Below, in pieces: positions 24,305-38,656 of a stretch of DNA of 64,000 nucleotides. Both the position numbers and the translations under genes were made by a program. Each line of letters begins with the position of its first letter. Position 1 is the first letter of the stretch. The DNA is from Lama glama (lineage: Eukaryota): positions 42,286,001-42,350,000 of the forward strand of contig CM052818.1 in NCBI GenBank assembly GCA_028534125.1, written 5' to 3'. The notes beneath the pieces were generated by a model. That model had not been told where the DNA came from and ran no database searches. It was given only the letters and a program-made list of their open reading frames with translations.

Positions 24305-27300
24305 GTGAGTTTTCTGCTTAAGGTGTTACATGCCCTAACTTATTTTGCATCCGTTTACTGTTGTTCCTTTTTAGGTTTTTAAACCAAAGAGTACTTTTGG
24401 TCGTTTAATCCATTAGCAACGGGTCCCATCCTCTGTCCGAGTTCCCAATAATGTTGGTAACAGCAGTGAGGCTGTTGGATAAAAATGAAAGTAGAAATGG
24501 GGGATTATGGATGAACATTTCAGGTTTACATCAGTTTTGAATTGCAGTTTATTTGTTTCAGTTGCATAGATATAGAAGTAGCTGTAACTGATAATGTTTA
24601 TTTCTTTTTATGCTTAACTGTGTAATATTCCTTAATTTAATCTATATATATTTTTTAACAAGAGGGAATGACAGGAAGTTGTTGTTGAGAGTTAAATTGC
24701 TAGCAGTATCTTAACATTGCTCACGTTCTTTTACCTAAAGGTAGAAGTCAGGCTAGTCCCACCCAAAACAAGCGTGCTGTGTTACCCGGTCACTTGTCCT
24801 TTTGTACTTTGTGCAGAGAGGGCCCTGTGCATCTCCTGGTGTCCAGATCCTTGCCTGATAAGTGGGTGGGAGGTTTTCTGTTGCTTCAAACCCTTGACCT
24901 CAGTGCCTCAAATGAAGTAGGCAGCTAGGTTATCAGAGGCATTCCTGGCTGGTTCCCATGCAATCTCTTATGTTTAGTCTTAACGCTGGACATATTTGGA
25001 ATTGAGGGTGGGGAAAGTATAGCTGAGTTCCTTCCATCTCTCTGGTTTTTAATAAATTTTTACCAGAATTGCCTCTCTCTCTCTCTTTTTTTTTTTTTTT
25101 AAACTTCTAGTTTCTTTGGACAATGGCAGCCTGATACAGGTTCCTTGGTGTCTTTGTCTTCGGTGGTGCTTTGAATCAAATGGATCTTAGGGAAGATGAG
25201 CCAGTAGAGACATTCTCATGTTTTCATGTGGATTTCCATTGCAGTTTTACTAAAAATTAAAGTTCTGTTTGTCACTCAAGTTTATTAGACTTGTAATAGG
25301 TAGTATTACTATTACCTTGAATATCACTTTTTGAAAATAATTTGTATGTGGTTATAAATACCCTGCAGCACCTTAAACAAGTACATTCAAGGTGATTGTT
25401 AAATCACCAGCAAATTTTATTCAGTTGCACTGTGCATGTAATTTTTGAGCTCAAAACTTCTTAAAACTGTGAGGACTCATTAGAGTTACTGATTTATTCT
25501 CAGATATCTTAAATCATTAACTACGTCCCCCGAGACACATATTTTTAATTGAAGTTTTCAGCCCTGAGAGAGTCCAGAGAACTATGAAACTTTTGTCCGT
25601 CTTATATCACTTGTTAGGTCCAGCCATTATAGCTTCAAGTCTTATTTTAGCTAGTTATTTATCCAAGCAGATTGAGATAGTACAAAACAGTTTCCCAAAT
25701 GCTACTGAATTTTGAAAATTACATTGTGCTCTGATTATTCTCTGGTGCTCAATTAGCAGTGTTTGCAGATCAGCGGATGGGTTTCAGTATCTGCAGCCGG
25801 TCTAGAGAAGGATTTTACTTTCATGTCCTGACAGCTTTTCAGCTTGATATATTGATTTGGAGTTTCCTGTTAGAATGTCTGTCAGAAAACCTTGTGGATG
25901 TGGGGGCGGAATATTCCTTTTGTATACTGTTGGTTGTGTTTATGCCAGATATAATTCAGGTTTATGCTGCTTTTGTATCCATCAGTAATACCAGCCAAAA
26001 AAGTAACTTGGTATTCAAAGATTTATGGTCCAGGTATTTTTGTTGCAGTCAATGTACAATAGTTCATTTTGTCACTTTGCTTTTTTTTTTTTTTTTGAAG
26101 CCTTCTTTGCCCACACTCCAGGAGTTGCTGTTTCTCATCAGGTGAAGGCTAGTGGTACTGGATAAGTTATCGTTCATGAGTTAAATCAAAACAGGATCAG
26201 AAATATCATATAAAAATGGCTCCATGTGTAAGAGTCTCCTGTGATGAGTTTCCATGTGTACACGTGTGTGCTCACCCCTATAACTGGGGCGTTTGTGTGT
26301 GTGTAAATTATTCTTACTATTCAAATGAGCCGATTTAGGGTATTCCAGTTGTCTCCCGTATTCTTCCTTCAACAGTGTAAGTCAGGTTTCCAGCCTTGCA
26401 GCCTTGTGTTAAACCCAGCCTGGAGCACATTTTGCCACTTGTTGCTGGGTGGCTGGACACGTGTCTTAACCTTTCTTGGTGTTTAACTTTTCTCATTTAC
26501 GAGAAGGGCATAGTTAGAAGCGTCTCATAGACTTTCTTACAAAGATGAAGTCATATGTTTGCAGTGCCTGGGGTACTGTAAGAGCGCTAAGAGCATCAGC
26601 GGCATTTCAGCTGTTTTCAGACTTGGGGGTCCTCGTACGGATGTAGACTTAGAGTGGTCTTACGTGCTTTCTCATTCTCATTTCATTTCATTTCTCATTC
26701 ATGCCCGTGTGTCACGTCTGAGTTTAAATTCTGATTCAGCACTTTGAGCTGTGCTCTGTTGTAATTTAACCTCTTTGAACTTTACCTTCCTCAGGTGGAG
26801 ATAATAATGAAATAGTCCTTAGTCCTGAGAGTTAAAGCTTGAAACACTGAGAATCCTTACACTGCAGGGTCCAATACTTAAGCATTTCTGTGCCTATATT
26901 AGTAATAATAATAATAACAATTGAGTGAGTGTTATGTTCTGAATATGCTTTGCATGTGTCTATTAACTCTCTCAAGTAGCCTACGAGATAATGACTGTTA
27001 CTGTTTTCGTTCTCCAGATCAAAGTTGAGTAGCTTGCTTACAGTCCCACAGCTAGTTAGAGGTGAAGCTAGAATTCAAACCCAGGTAGTCTGGCTCAGGA
27101 ACTGCATTTGTAACAGTGGACAGTGCTCTACTGATGAAGAGGCGTGAAAGTAAAAGTTTCTTTGAGAAGGAGACTCGGGCCTGTGTTCTCACTCATCAGT
27201 TAAGTGACCGGCCCAGGCGTATTATCTCCTTCCTCACCTACGTGGTCTAATTTGTGCTTCAACATCGTGAGTAACTATAAATGTTGTGCGCCTCTGATGC

Positions 27301-30057
27301 CATTAGTGAGTGGCTGAAATCGATACTTTACATCTGTGGTTTGCTGGACACGTGCTGTCCCCGCCTCCTAACGTGATGAGACTGCTTGGCATGTGAGTAG
27401 CTGGTCGATAAATACTTCTTATATCTGAGATGGATATGTCTGTGTGGGTGTGTTTGTTTTATAGAAGTTTTTAAAAAATATTTGTGAGATCCAGAGGGAA
27501 TTGAGCGACCGTCAGTTATTAAAAGATTCATACATGCATTTTCTTTTCATGTTTATTCATTTCATTTTGAAAAGGAATTTTAGGAGTCAGAGACCTCTTC
27601 CCTTCATGGGAAGATAACATCTACAGCTTGAATTTATTTACATAAGATATCACATTTTGAAATAGAATTTAGCATGTTCTATTGTAAGAAGTAAAAGGGA
27701 GCGACTGAGTGGTTGTCCAGAGGCTTAAGGGAGAGATAAAGTAAAAGCTCGTTTTAACATGGCAGTTACATTCTGTTAGAATCCTACTCCCCAAATGTAT
27801 TTAATGAACTTGAAGTGTTAGTGGTATACCGTACTTAGGGCAACAAGCAGACAAAGAACCAAACTTGAGTGTTCCATTAAAAGGAAGTGAGAAAATGATG
27901 GTCCGTAACTATGTGTGTTTTCAGTTTTCCACCTTAATTTTATTGAGCTAGAAAGAGTGGTAACAGGAAGGAAATCACTTATTAGAGAGTCACTAAACCT
28001 AGAGTTTGTCTAAGAAGAATACAAGAGCTCATCAAACAAGGCCACTGAAGCATCTGTGAAAACCCAGGTTTTTACATATATAGAGTGACAGTAATATCTA
28101 TGACAGGTATTGTTTTGAAAATCAAATTAGAAATATGTAGAAAGTACCTTTCTTATAGTTACTGAATCTGAAATATTGAAGTAGTGATACACATCTTAAA
28201 ATATATCCTAGGAGGAAAGCACAAAATAGCAGATGTAGAGGGAAAAAAACAATTTTTTGATTGAGAAAAGTTATGGAAAAACTTGAAGTGTATTGTATCA
28301 GTTAGTTTTTGTTTGACTGTTCTGTGGTTAGAAAAGAAAAAAACCCTCAGAAATCTCAGAGCAATATGAGAAGTTTAAATGCGGCGTTCTGTCAGCAGAG
28401 GGAAGAGATGAGGAATCCGAGATGACCCTTAAGCTTTTGCTCAGAAGGGGCGTGTCACTTCCACTCACATTTCATTGCCCATAGAAGTGCCATTGCCAAG
28501 CCTGAAGTTAGTGAGGTGGGTATTTGGGATATGAATAATTGCAGTGGATACTGAGAACAATAATACAGTCTTCAGAAGCTGTGCTCGGATGTAGCTGTTA
28601 GCTGTCGTGATTGTGAACTAAGTAACTGAAGGCTACATCTACCTTTGACTTCATAGTAAAGGCCACAGCGGGAGTGCTGTACCTCGAGCTGCGTAAATAG
28701 ACATCTTAAAATAGCCCAATACACGCTAAAGCATTTAGGGACAAAAAGACACAATACGTGCAGCTTACTCTCGAACGGTTCAAAAAAATAGATGTGTGTA
28801 GATACATATATTTATGAATATACATGTGTGTGTAGCGGGAGGGAGGAAGGGCATGCATGATTGCAAGTGTGAATGGAGAAATTATTAACAGTTGGTTAAT
28901 CTTGGCAAAAACTGTGGAGGAGTTCTTTGGACCATTCTTGCGAACTTTCTGTAAGTTTGAAATTTAATCATAATGAAAACTTACCCCGCCCCCTAAAAAA
29001 AACCCATTCCAAATAAAAGCTGCCCCCTTTCTCCTTTATGTCCCCAACTCCTTAGCCCCCTCCCACCTACCCAGAAGTAGTTTGGGGAGAACACAGGATG
29101 TATGCAATGTAGCCGTGGATTTAGGAATGGATAAAGGAATGGGGGTGTGGAAACATTTAAGGAGCTGAATCTAATTCAGGTCCCATCACTTGCAGTGACT
29201 TTGGCCTAAGTACTTAAACTTCTGCACCTCAGTTTCTTCCCCTGAGGATGACAGTACCTGCCTTTTCAGGTTCTGCCCTGTTGGGTTAACTCACGTAAAG
29301 TGCGTACAACAGCGCCTGGGACACAGGTCATACTCTTCCAGTGTCAGCTGCTGTCATGATAATTGTTGTATTTATTGGGTCCCAGCTTCCTAGGTAGTGA
29401 CGTATTTCTCAAAGATTGGCACCTCTATCATAAATAGATACCACTCCTTTCTAGTATATACATAAAACTCTTTAACTCGAGGCGTTTTTTTTTTTTTCCC
29501 CTTTGTGTGCTTAACTACTCCACAGTGTGAGTTGGTGTGATCAGATGTACTTTATTTTCCTAACATGTAGCTTAGGCGAGAAGATGGGGACTGCTTTTGG
29601 AGAGAGGCTAATAAATTGGACTAGTGAGGACTCCTGCCCTCCAGAACGGGGTGACGAGGTGGAGGTGGACAGTGGATATTTGGAACGGGGAGTGGATTTC
29701 AGGGGGTCGAGGTCAGGTGGGAGGACAGAAAGCGGGTGAGGTTTTCAGAGACAGACACCGCCGTCTGTAGAGCTTTCCCTAATCTGGCGTGGCGCTTGAA
29801 AAGATGACACTTCTCCTAGCTTCAGAATCCCAGTTCATTTGCTGTGTTTCAGAAGTTTGGTGATAAAAGATCCATGTTGTATATCATTTATGCAGAAGCA
29901 ACAATAACTTTTTTTTTAAATTGTGTCTTTTACTTAATCATTATTGACCTAGAGGTTAACATAGTTTTATTTTGTTCGAGTGCCTTAAATTAGGAAGGTC
30001 ACGATGCCCTGGGCTCTGTCCGTGGCCACAAGTCTTCAGTGTGTCTTTCTCTTGCAG

Positions 30058-30171
30058 TGCGATTGTGCTCTGATCGGATCGGCCTCATCAAGGAGTGTAT
30101 TTCCCAGTCCCCCACGTGCTACAGACAGTCCACCAAGCTTCTGGGCCTTGCTGAGTTGCTGAGGGTCGCAG
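30058..30171 (+). CDS. NBAS: NBAS coding exon (114 nt)
   Basis: ttgcag|TGCGATTG...GCAG|gtacgt; (V)RLCSDRIGLIKECISQSPTCYRQSTKLLGLAELLRVA; phase 1/1. Confidence 0.96.
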
Positions 30172-31787
30172 GTACGTTTTAGATCCTAAAGTGCAGAGTA
30201 AGGGATCTGTGTTATTCTCAACATCATCCTAGGAAAACATTGGGATATACGCTTAACTGCATCAGGAGAGCTGCTTTTGGGCAGGATTTGTCTTTTCTAG
30301 AAAGATGGGAATGCTATAAAAATGTGTACCTGTATTGAGCTGCTCGGACCTTCTGTTCTTTAAATGACGACAGGCTAATTTGGGGCCCCATGAAGTGGTT
30401 GTGAGATCAGAAACAGACGTCAGGGTTACAATTTATAACCAGAAAACTTAATGTAGAGCAAGCCAGCCCTACCGGTTCACCTTCAGTGTCTAAATTCGGT
30501 GTGTAATATTTTTGAACCTAAACCATTTCTTAGAAAAATGTGTGCATTTACTATTTGATCGGGTTTTCACCTGTATTAGCTTACTTCATCTTCTGTTAAA
30601 TGGTGGTGATGATGTGTCCTTTCCATTTTACAAGGGAAATTGAAGGTCTGAGAAGTTGAGTGTCCTGCTCAGCAGGGTTAAACAGCAGACTGACTTTCCG
30701 GGCAGGTCTCTCTGACTCCGCATTTCATGTCTCACGCTGTTCTGCTCACCAGCCCTTTATACTTTTCTTTTGTATTTTTGGCTCATCCTCTGTGCATCCC
30801 ACCTGATGGACATCTTCAAGCGTGTCCTTATCTTCTTAAACAGATTTTAAATGTGCAGTTTAAGATTTTCAAAAGAATCTAGCACAATTTTGTGACAGTC
30901 ACCTTCCCATTTCAACTAAAAGAGTAAACACTAACCCCCTGCTGATTTGAATCACTAGTTACCTGTACTAGACATGTTTGTCTGTTTGCTGAGCGATCTT
31001 CTTTTGAGACACCATCCCTCTCCCAACCCATGTGACCTCATTGGACTTGCTAGTCAAGACGCTTTGCCACGTGGTTGACCACAATATTCTGTCCACCACC
31101 CAGTTCAGGGTTGACCGTGTGACTCAAGCAGAACCAATCAAAATTTTTCTTGACATTTGATGTATGAACACAGGAAGACAGAGGCTCTTTCTTTCCAAAT
31201 GAAAGTCATAAAGGTACAGCCTTGGTGATTCTGGCAGTCACTTTCCTGATTAGTTTTCTGAAAATAAATGCATTTGAGAGAGAGAAAGAAAATTCCCCAA
31301 TAATATCTTACATGTTTCTGGATCTAATCCTGCTTAAAGATACTTCTACCCCCCGAATTTTTTCTTTTTTACTTAAGTTGAAATAAATTCCATTTTTAGC
31401 TTAAAAAAGGTAAAGAGGATTATTTGTTTATATCTAGAACTTTTAAATATGTATATTTAGCATAACTAGTGGAAACGTTTATTAATATAAAATCTCAATA
31501 TACAGAATTCTTCCTAAGGTCTGTAGTCTTAGTAGATTTTAGTGTATAGTTGTCCTTTTCTAGCCTATCTGAAAGCATAACGTTAGTATCTTTACCTCTG
31601 GACTTGCAGCAGCCTTGGAAGGATGCTGACACTGACTGGTCCATCAGGCTCATCTTGGATGGCTGGGGAGAAGTAGGTTGTGGGGTCAGAAGACTGCTTC
31701 AGTCTTGACCATCCCATTCATTTGCTAAATGATGTCAAACAGGAATGACACCCCCTTGCTTCACCTGTCAGGTTATAAGAGACCTAA

Positions 31788-31887
31788 NNNNNNNNNNNNN
31801 NNNNNNNNNNNNNNNNNNNNNNNNNNNNNNNNNNNNNNNNNNNNNNNNNNNNNNNNNNNNNNNNNNNNNNNNNNNNNNNNNNNNNNN
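31788..31887. other. Assembly gap (100 N)
   Basis: run of N. Confidence 1.
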
Positions 31888-32194
31888 TCACAGACGAGGA
31901 AATGGAGGCTGCAGAGGGGTAAAGATCGATCACTTTGAGGGGTACTTTGGATTCACAGTTCTGTTACACACCTGCTGGCCTCTGGGAGTTTAGAATCTTC
32001 GAGGCGGAGGAAGCAGTGAATTATGCTACAGTGAAGGGTGTGATGGTAGAACATGGCTTCTGTAAACAACTGTTACAGAAGAAAGAAAGGCAATTGAAAC
32101 GTTGAAGAAAGGCAGTCCTAATGTTTTGCTGGGGGTGGGGTGGTGTTAAGAAAGGGATCACAAGGCAAGTGACATGCATCTGAAGCTTCTAGAG

Positions 32195-33050
32195 TGTTCT
32201 GGCTATTTATTGCTGCTTTACAAACCACCCCCAAACTTAGGGGCTTAAAATAACCACAGTCATTGCTTTTTATCTGTCCTGGTTCTGGAGGTTGACTGGG
32301 CTTAGCCGGGCAGTTTAGGGTCTTTTATGAAACTGCAGTCAGATATAGTGGCTAGTGATGGGCTCATCGTAAAGGCTGCTTTATTCACATGTCTGGCATC
32401 TGGGCTGAGAAGATTTAAAAAGCTGGGGGTAGAGTAGTTGGGACTTTCTCTGCTATGTAGTCTTTCCTCAAGGTGGCCTCCGAGCACTCAGATGTCTTAC
32501 ATGGTAGCTGAAGTCTCCCAGAGCCAGTATCCCAAGAGAAACCAAGAAGAGCTTCATGGCCCTTTTCTATAATTTAGCCTTGGAATTTGGGGAGCTTCAT
32601 TTCCATCATGTCTTGTTCACAGAAGCAGTCACACAGGCCCTCCCAAGTTCCGGGGAAATGTTTACAGACTCTGCCTGAAATCTTAACTGGGCCTGGTGAT
32701 CTGCTTCTGAGCTGGCTTACGTGGCTGTTGGAAGAGGCCTCCGTTCCTCCCTGGCTGGTGGTCAGAGGCCTCAGCTCCCTGCCACACGGACCTCTCCATA
32801 GAGCTTCTGAGTGTCCTCTCCACGCGGCACCTCCTGGGGTTTCTCCCAGAGCAGCTGCCACGAGAGAGCAGGGAGGACTCTGTACGGCCTTTCATGACCT
32901 GCTCTTGAAGTCGCACACTGTCCTTTATGCCTTAATCTGTTTGTTAGAAGTAATCACTGGCCAGCACCCACCCCTACAAAGGGAAGAGCATTAAACTCCA
33001 TCTTTAGAAAGGAGGATCAAAGAATTGGTGGCCAGTTTAAATTCTATTCC
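32195..33050. mobile_element. MLT1-family (ERVL-MaLR) LTR sequence, probably two adjacent copies
   Basis: tattgctgctttacaaaccacccccaaacttaggggcttaaaataac... and second piece ...cagctccctgccacacggacctctccatagagcttctgagtgtcctc are typical MLT1 motifs. Confidence 0.8.
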
Positions 33051-35350
33051 ATATCCTCAAGGCCTTGTCATGCCACCGTCAGTATTTTCTTCAAGCTAAA
33101 CATCTGAATCACTTTCTTTAATAGATTTCTGGTCTGGCCGTACTCCTGGCTGCTCCCCCTGTGAATTTCATTTTGTTCATAATATTTTTCTAGATACCAT
33201 TCTTTTCAAACCTATTTTTGCTTATACTTCTCATTTTAACCATCTGCTCAAATTAGAACTTTATAGAATTAAAAGCAGTTAAATAATTGAACTATAGACT
33301 TCAAGGTCATATTTGACCCATCTGCATATAAAAGTTTACATTAATAGCAACAGTAATTCTCATTTGACACTTCTATGCTTAATCTAAGTTACCTTTTACT
33401 GTGTCCTTCATATGTCCTAGCAGACATATGAATCTCATTTTGCATGTGAGGAAAGGAAACAGGAAGAAAAATTTAAATAATTTATTGAAGATTTCACAGT
33501 TTAGAAGTTTCTGACTTTGAATCCTTTGTTCTTACCCTATGTTTCTACCTTTCTTGATGTCAGATGATGGCAGTCAGTGGACCCTTACAAGGCTAAGTTA
33601 GCCAATTGGAGGCTTCAGTTAGGCCTGCAAAATACCTTTATAACCTACCCAAGTTATCAGCTTAAAAAAAAATCACACCTGGCTTTTTCATTTTTGATTT
33701 AGATATTCTGAATAAATGCAAGCATTTCAAGAGTACTATCTAGGAAGTAGGTTTTATATTAATTGTGATAAGTGCATTTATTATTGAGAAACTTTTACGT
33801 ATTATTCCATTTATAGTATTACATGTTACTGTTACTAAAACACGAATGTGTTCTTCTAATAATATTATGAATTTAGTGCTGTAAGTTCTGTCTTTTAAAG
33901 AATCCTTTTAGGGTAGCTTGGGCCAGTCTTTGCTTTGGATCCTATTCAAACCATTAAAACACGAAAGAAGATGAATGGGAGACATATCTTAAAAGTTTCA
34001 CTTAACTTTTTCTGTGTTATGTTTACTTTTTCTTCCAGAAAATACAAATATTCCCCTTGGGGATATTGAAAGTAATTTTAAGTTTCCAGTACCTCATTAA
34101 AATATAAAAGAGTTTTTACTTTTTTCCTTTTGGCTTAAATATACCAATAGTATTGGTGTTGTAGCTTTGAATTGTCTTGTAGTTGAAAATTACATTCTGA
34201 ATTGAATCTATGCTAGTTTCATTGAGGATACATATTTCTGCCCTATTGTGTGCAAGACTTGGTGCTAGGTACTGAGAATTCAACAAGGAAGCATCTGCTG
34301 TCCTCTAAGAGCTTAAGTTCTGATAAAGGGTGTAGATTATTAAAAAGATAATTCCAGTGAATTGGTATTCAGAGAATGGCAAGTAAAGGAACATGTAGGA
34401 GGGGCACCTCGTAAGTGAAGAAAGTCTGGAGATGCCAGAGAAGGAAGTGACATCTAAGCAGACTTGTAGAGCATTCTTGGGAAAATAATTTAAGATCTTT
34501 GGGTTAAGCTGAATTTTGGCATATATGCTTAGAGTCTAGGTGCTCATTTGATAAATAAAAGATTAGTGCTGTCAGTTGTAATGACAAAACTGAAACTGTT
34601 TCATAATGAGTTTGATGTCCTCTGTTCAAGGGGAGATAATTCATGGATTGGTGGGGTGCAGTGCCTCACTGGCAGTGGAACTCTTGCTGCTGGATTTGGG
34701 GCAAGAGTGAGTTTTAAAGAATGTTAGAGTAGGAGCCAGGGAAACAGGGCGTGATTGGCTGGGGGGTTGGGGTGAGCAGGCCCTGTTTTCTAGGGGAAGG
34801 TGAGCTCCCTAAGGTGAGCGGGAGGATTATGATTGGTGTATATGTTCAGTTTCTTTGCTGGTGCCTCCCTAAGTGTTGGCTGACTTCAGTTTAGATTTGT
34901 GACGTGGGCTGGACCTCTGGGGCAGCCTGACAGATGAAGTAACTTTATCACAGTGAAACTATAAAATTTAAATCCATTTTACTTTGCATTTAAGTTTTCC
35001 CCCCTCATATTTGTCATTTATTAATTATAATTAGAACATTCAAAGGGTAAAATATTTTTAAAAATAGGAAAAATGTTGAAAGTACCTACTGGGGAGGAAA
35101 GCCTTTCTTCTACCCACTTAGGCCGGAATGGCTGGTCTGGTGCTGATACTAATCATTGATCACTTAGGAAACAAAGCCAATTCCATGATTAATAAATAGA
35201 TTGGGAAGTCTAAGGTGCTGTTGTATAATCTTTTAAAAATCAATCTACTCTCTATTTTTTATTTTTGAATTAATTGGGAAGATTTGTTAAGGACCTCTTC
35301 TGTCAGTTGATGGTTGCCCGAATCAGTAAGTAATTTGCATGTGTTTACAG

Positions 35351-35464
35351 GGGAAGATCCAGAGGAAAGACGTGGACAGGTTCTAATCCTTCTAGTAGAG
35401 CAGGCCCTTCGTTTCCATGACTACAAAGCTGCCAGTGTGCATTGTCAGGAGCTGATGGCCACAG
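35351..35464 (+). CDS. NBAS: NBAS coding exon (114 nt)
   Basis: ttacag|GGGAAGAT...ACAG|gtgaag; (G)EDPEERRGQVLILLVEQALRFHDYKAASVHCQELMAT; phase 1/1. Confidence 0.95.
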
Positions 35465-36216
35465 GTGAAGTAGACACTCACTTAACACTTTGCTCATGTC
35501 CTCTTTACATAATGAATAATGGAAAAGTTCTGTTTTGAAATCAGTTGTCCTAATTGGTAAGCCAGCCACATTGTGTTCCTAAGTCTTTAGAAATATTTTG
35601 GGAGCCCTGATAAGCATGTATTCCATATGCCTGTATATTAATGTGAATACTTTAATGGGCTCAAAGGTTATATTTTATCTGAGATTTTGGTTGCTTTCCA
35701 TTCCATATTAAAAACACTTACAATCATAGTAACAATTTTATGTAAAATATTTTAACATCTTTTTATGTATTTGGTATATGAAAGAAAATTTAAGATTTTT
35801 GAAGCAGCTACAATTTGTGACTATAAATTGTCAATATTTCTATTCTTTTTTCTTTTTTGAAGATAACATAGTGCTTTTCAAATTAATGTTGAGAAACAGA
35901 AATAGTTTACAGGCCTCAAATTTTCCATATTGAAATTATAATTCAAGTTTCTGGAGGATAAGCAGGTTTTGTTGTGGAGTAATTTTTCTGTTAAAGAACA
36001 CCTTCCCCAGAGGGGTAGGAAGTGGTGGTGTCGTATCATAGGCTCTGTACTAAATGATCTGCCTTTTGTAGCTGTGCCTGATTATCTGAATGCTCAGGCA
36101 CATCTTTTTCCCCGCTGTCTGTGCACTCCTGGTGGGTGGTTACAAATGCAGGGCTTCAGTTCATGGTAACTCCTGGAGTTGTGCACTTAACGATTTGTAT
36201 ACTTTCTGTATGAATA

Positions 36217-36590
36217 CTGTTAAAGAAAAAATTACGCTGACACCGTTAAAAATCGTAAGGAAGACTTTGTTCAGGATTTCTGCAATAGAGGAGAGAGATC
36301 AGGCTCAACTCCAAAGACAGAGAAGACATTTATAGCTGAGGAGCAGAGTCATGGGGCCACTGGCTGAAAAACTAGTGAAGGGACGTCAAGGGTGGGGGAT
36401 TCTCACTACACTGACTGAGTGCGGTTCTTGCTAATGGCAGGCCCGGGCGACCAGGTATCAGGGGTGAGAGGTTTTCTCTCAACTGACTTGGTGAAACTAC
36501 AGGCTCAGCAAGGACTGGACCACAGAACAGGCCTCGTTGAGAAGAAGGCTCAGAGAAGCCTGGCTACACTTTGGTCAAGGAGAATGTGAA
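36217..36590. mobile_element. Probable solo ERV LTR
   Basis: starts tgttaaagaaaaaatta; gagagagatcaggctcaactcc motif recalled from ERV1-class LTRs; family uncertain. Confidence 0.5.
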
Positions 36591-37104
36591 AAATTCTGGG
36601 AAAAAGCTCAGTGCTTTATAACCTCAATTTTAGAACATTCAATTCATGAAGAAACCGTGTTCTGTAATATTAACCTAGTGATTTTGCAACATTAAGCTCA
36701 GAGTAATTATGGTATTATGGAAAATCATTGTTGTCTTAACTTTTTATCATTTATTTGGACAGCTTTGTAATAATTTTATTCTTGTAAGGATGGTACCTTA
36801 CATCGGGCTGAGGTCTTTGTACTTGGGAAAAAATCCTACTTTCTAACCAGAACTCTTTCAAAGAAGAATAGAAGTACAATTTAAGAATTCAGAGTATGAG
36901 CTTGTGTTGGAAAAAGCTCTCTGCTGGGAGCCAGGGGCTGACTGTATTTTTGGCACTGACCTTGGATCTGTCTTCATCTATAACATGAATGATTCTGTGC
37001 AGCTGTCTATGATAATTTCTCTTTTTCTGGCACTTTGCAGTTTATAAAGTGCTTTTAAATACAGATTGTTTTTAATTCTTTTAACAACCCAATGAGGGAG
37101 ATGA

Positions 37105-37128
37105 TATTATTATTATTATTACTATTAC

Positions 37129-37169
<41 letters not shown>
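37105..37169 (+). repeat. Compound microsatellite (TAT/TAC)n-(TAG)n
   Basis: tattattattattattactattactagtagtag...gtagta, embedded in MIR-like sequence. Confidence 0.95.
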
Positions 37170-37562
37170 AAGGAAGTGTGATACTTGGAACTTTCTCAAG
37201 CTCACACAAGTGTCTGGGCCATACCCTCAAGCCTTTGTGAATTCAGATAGCCAGTTTTTTTACTCAATATCAAAACTAGGTAGATTATTTATAGTCATTA
37301 TCAGGTAATCTAAAATTTAACATAGTTTATCAGAAAAACTTGTCTGGAGCAGTGCTGAACTTTCTGGATAATTCACCTAACCTTTCTTTTCTATTTTACA
37401 TCCTTAGTGTCTCTGCTTATATAGTAATGTGTTGTCACTAATGATTGACTTTGCTTTGGGAACATAAGACCTAAGCAAAAAGCCATTACGTTTCTTATGT
37501 AAAATTAAGATTTTTCTTTTTTGAATGAAAATCAGCTTGTTTTTTTCCTGCCCATTTTCCAG

Positions 37563-37720
37563 GTTATTCTAAAAGTTGGGATGTCTGTAGCCAGTTAGGA
37601 CAGGCAGAAGGCTACCAGGACTTGGCCGCGCGCCAGGAGCTCATGGCATTTGCATTGACACATTGCCCTCCTGGCAGCATCCAGCTTCTCCTGGCTGCTA
37701 GCAGCTCTCTGCAGACAGAA
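37563..37720 (+). CDS. NBAS: NBAS coding exon (158 nt)
   Basis: ttccag|GTTATTCT...ACAGAA|gtaagt; (G)YSKSWDVCSQLGQAEGYQDLAARQELMAFALTHCPPGSIQLLLAASSSLQTE; phase 1/0. Confidence 0.96.
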
Positions 37721-38495
37721 GTAAGTGCTTCCAATAGAGTCAGTCCTGACCTGTGTGAAGTATATTTTATTGGGTCTGCGGATCTGAGATTTGTGATCAT
37801 TTTTTCCCAATAATATGAAAATTTTAATTTATGGAAGAAAAATATCACTCATATGAAAAGGGATTTGAAGATACTAGGATATAAATTAGTATTGTTGGCT
37901 TTATTACAGTAAAGAAGAAAGGATGCAGGTATGAGAAAAAAAAGGTAGTGTTAGGAAATAAATTATCAAATATAATGAAGAAAGTTAGTGTTGTCAAGAA
38001 TAAAATATATAAGAAGAAATGGTCCTTTACAATATATCTGAAACCATATGAGTTAAAATCAGTGGTGGCACCATCCCCTTTGAAGCTCTTTGGAAACAGC
38101 AGGATGTGGGCTTTGGTTGGAGAGAAGCGGAATTTCCTAAAATTCACAGGATAGGTCTGTTTCAGGGAGGATAGTGCTCTGGTCGAGGAACACTGTTAAA
38201 TATGTACTCTGGTAAATAAAGAGATTCTGGAATTCACGTTTTCATCTTACAGTCATTCATTACATTGTATGTCAGGTTTTTCACAGTTGAATCTCACTTC
38301 TGAACCTGCTGTTGTGTCCTTGTGAAGGTGTTCACGAAGCCCTGATGTAAGCCAGTTACCAGAAAGTATTCATTGGGAAATAGTGCTTTTGGTTTTTTTT
38401 CCCTCAAGAGTACTTTTTAAGTTTCAAGCCTAAATTGTAAAGTAAGGCAAATTTAAAGACAATTTCTTTATAATATATTGTGTCCTTTTTTTCAG

Positions 38496-38585
38496 ATTCT
38501 TTATCAAAGAGTGAATTTCCAGATCCATCCAGAAGGAGGGGCGAGCATCAGTGTCTCACCGTTGGTCAGTAAAGCGCTCCAAGAG
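38496..38585 (+). CDS. NBAS: NBAS coding exon (90 nt)
   Basis: tttcag|ATTCTT...CAAGAG|gtgagt; ILYQRVNFQIHPEGGASISVSPLVSKALQE; phase 0/0. Confidence 0.95.
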
Positions 38586-38656
38586 GTGAGTGAGGGTGAG
38601 AGGGAAGGGGAGTTTAAAAGGTGGTTGTGGATGGACGGGAGCTGAGTAGCCTGACC

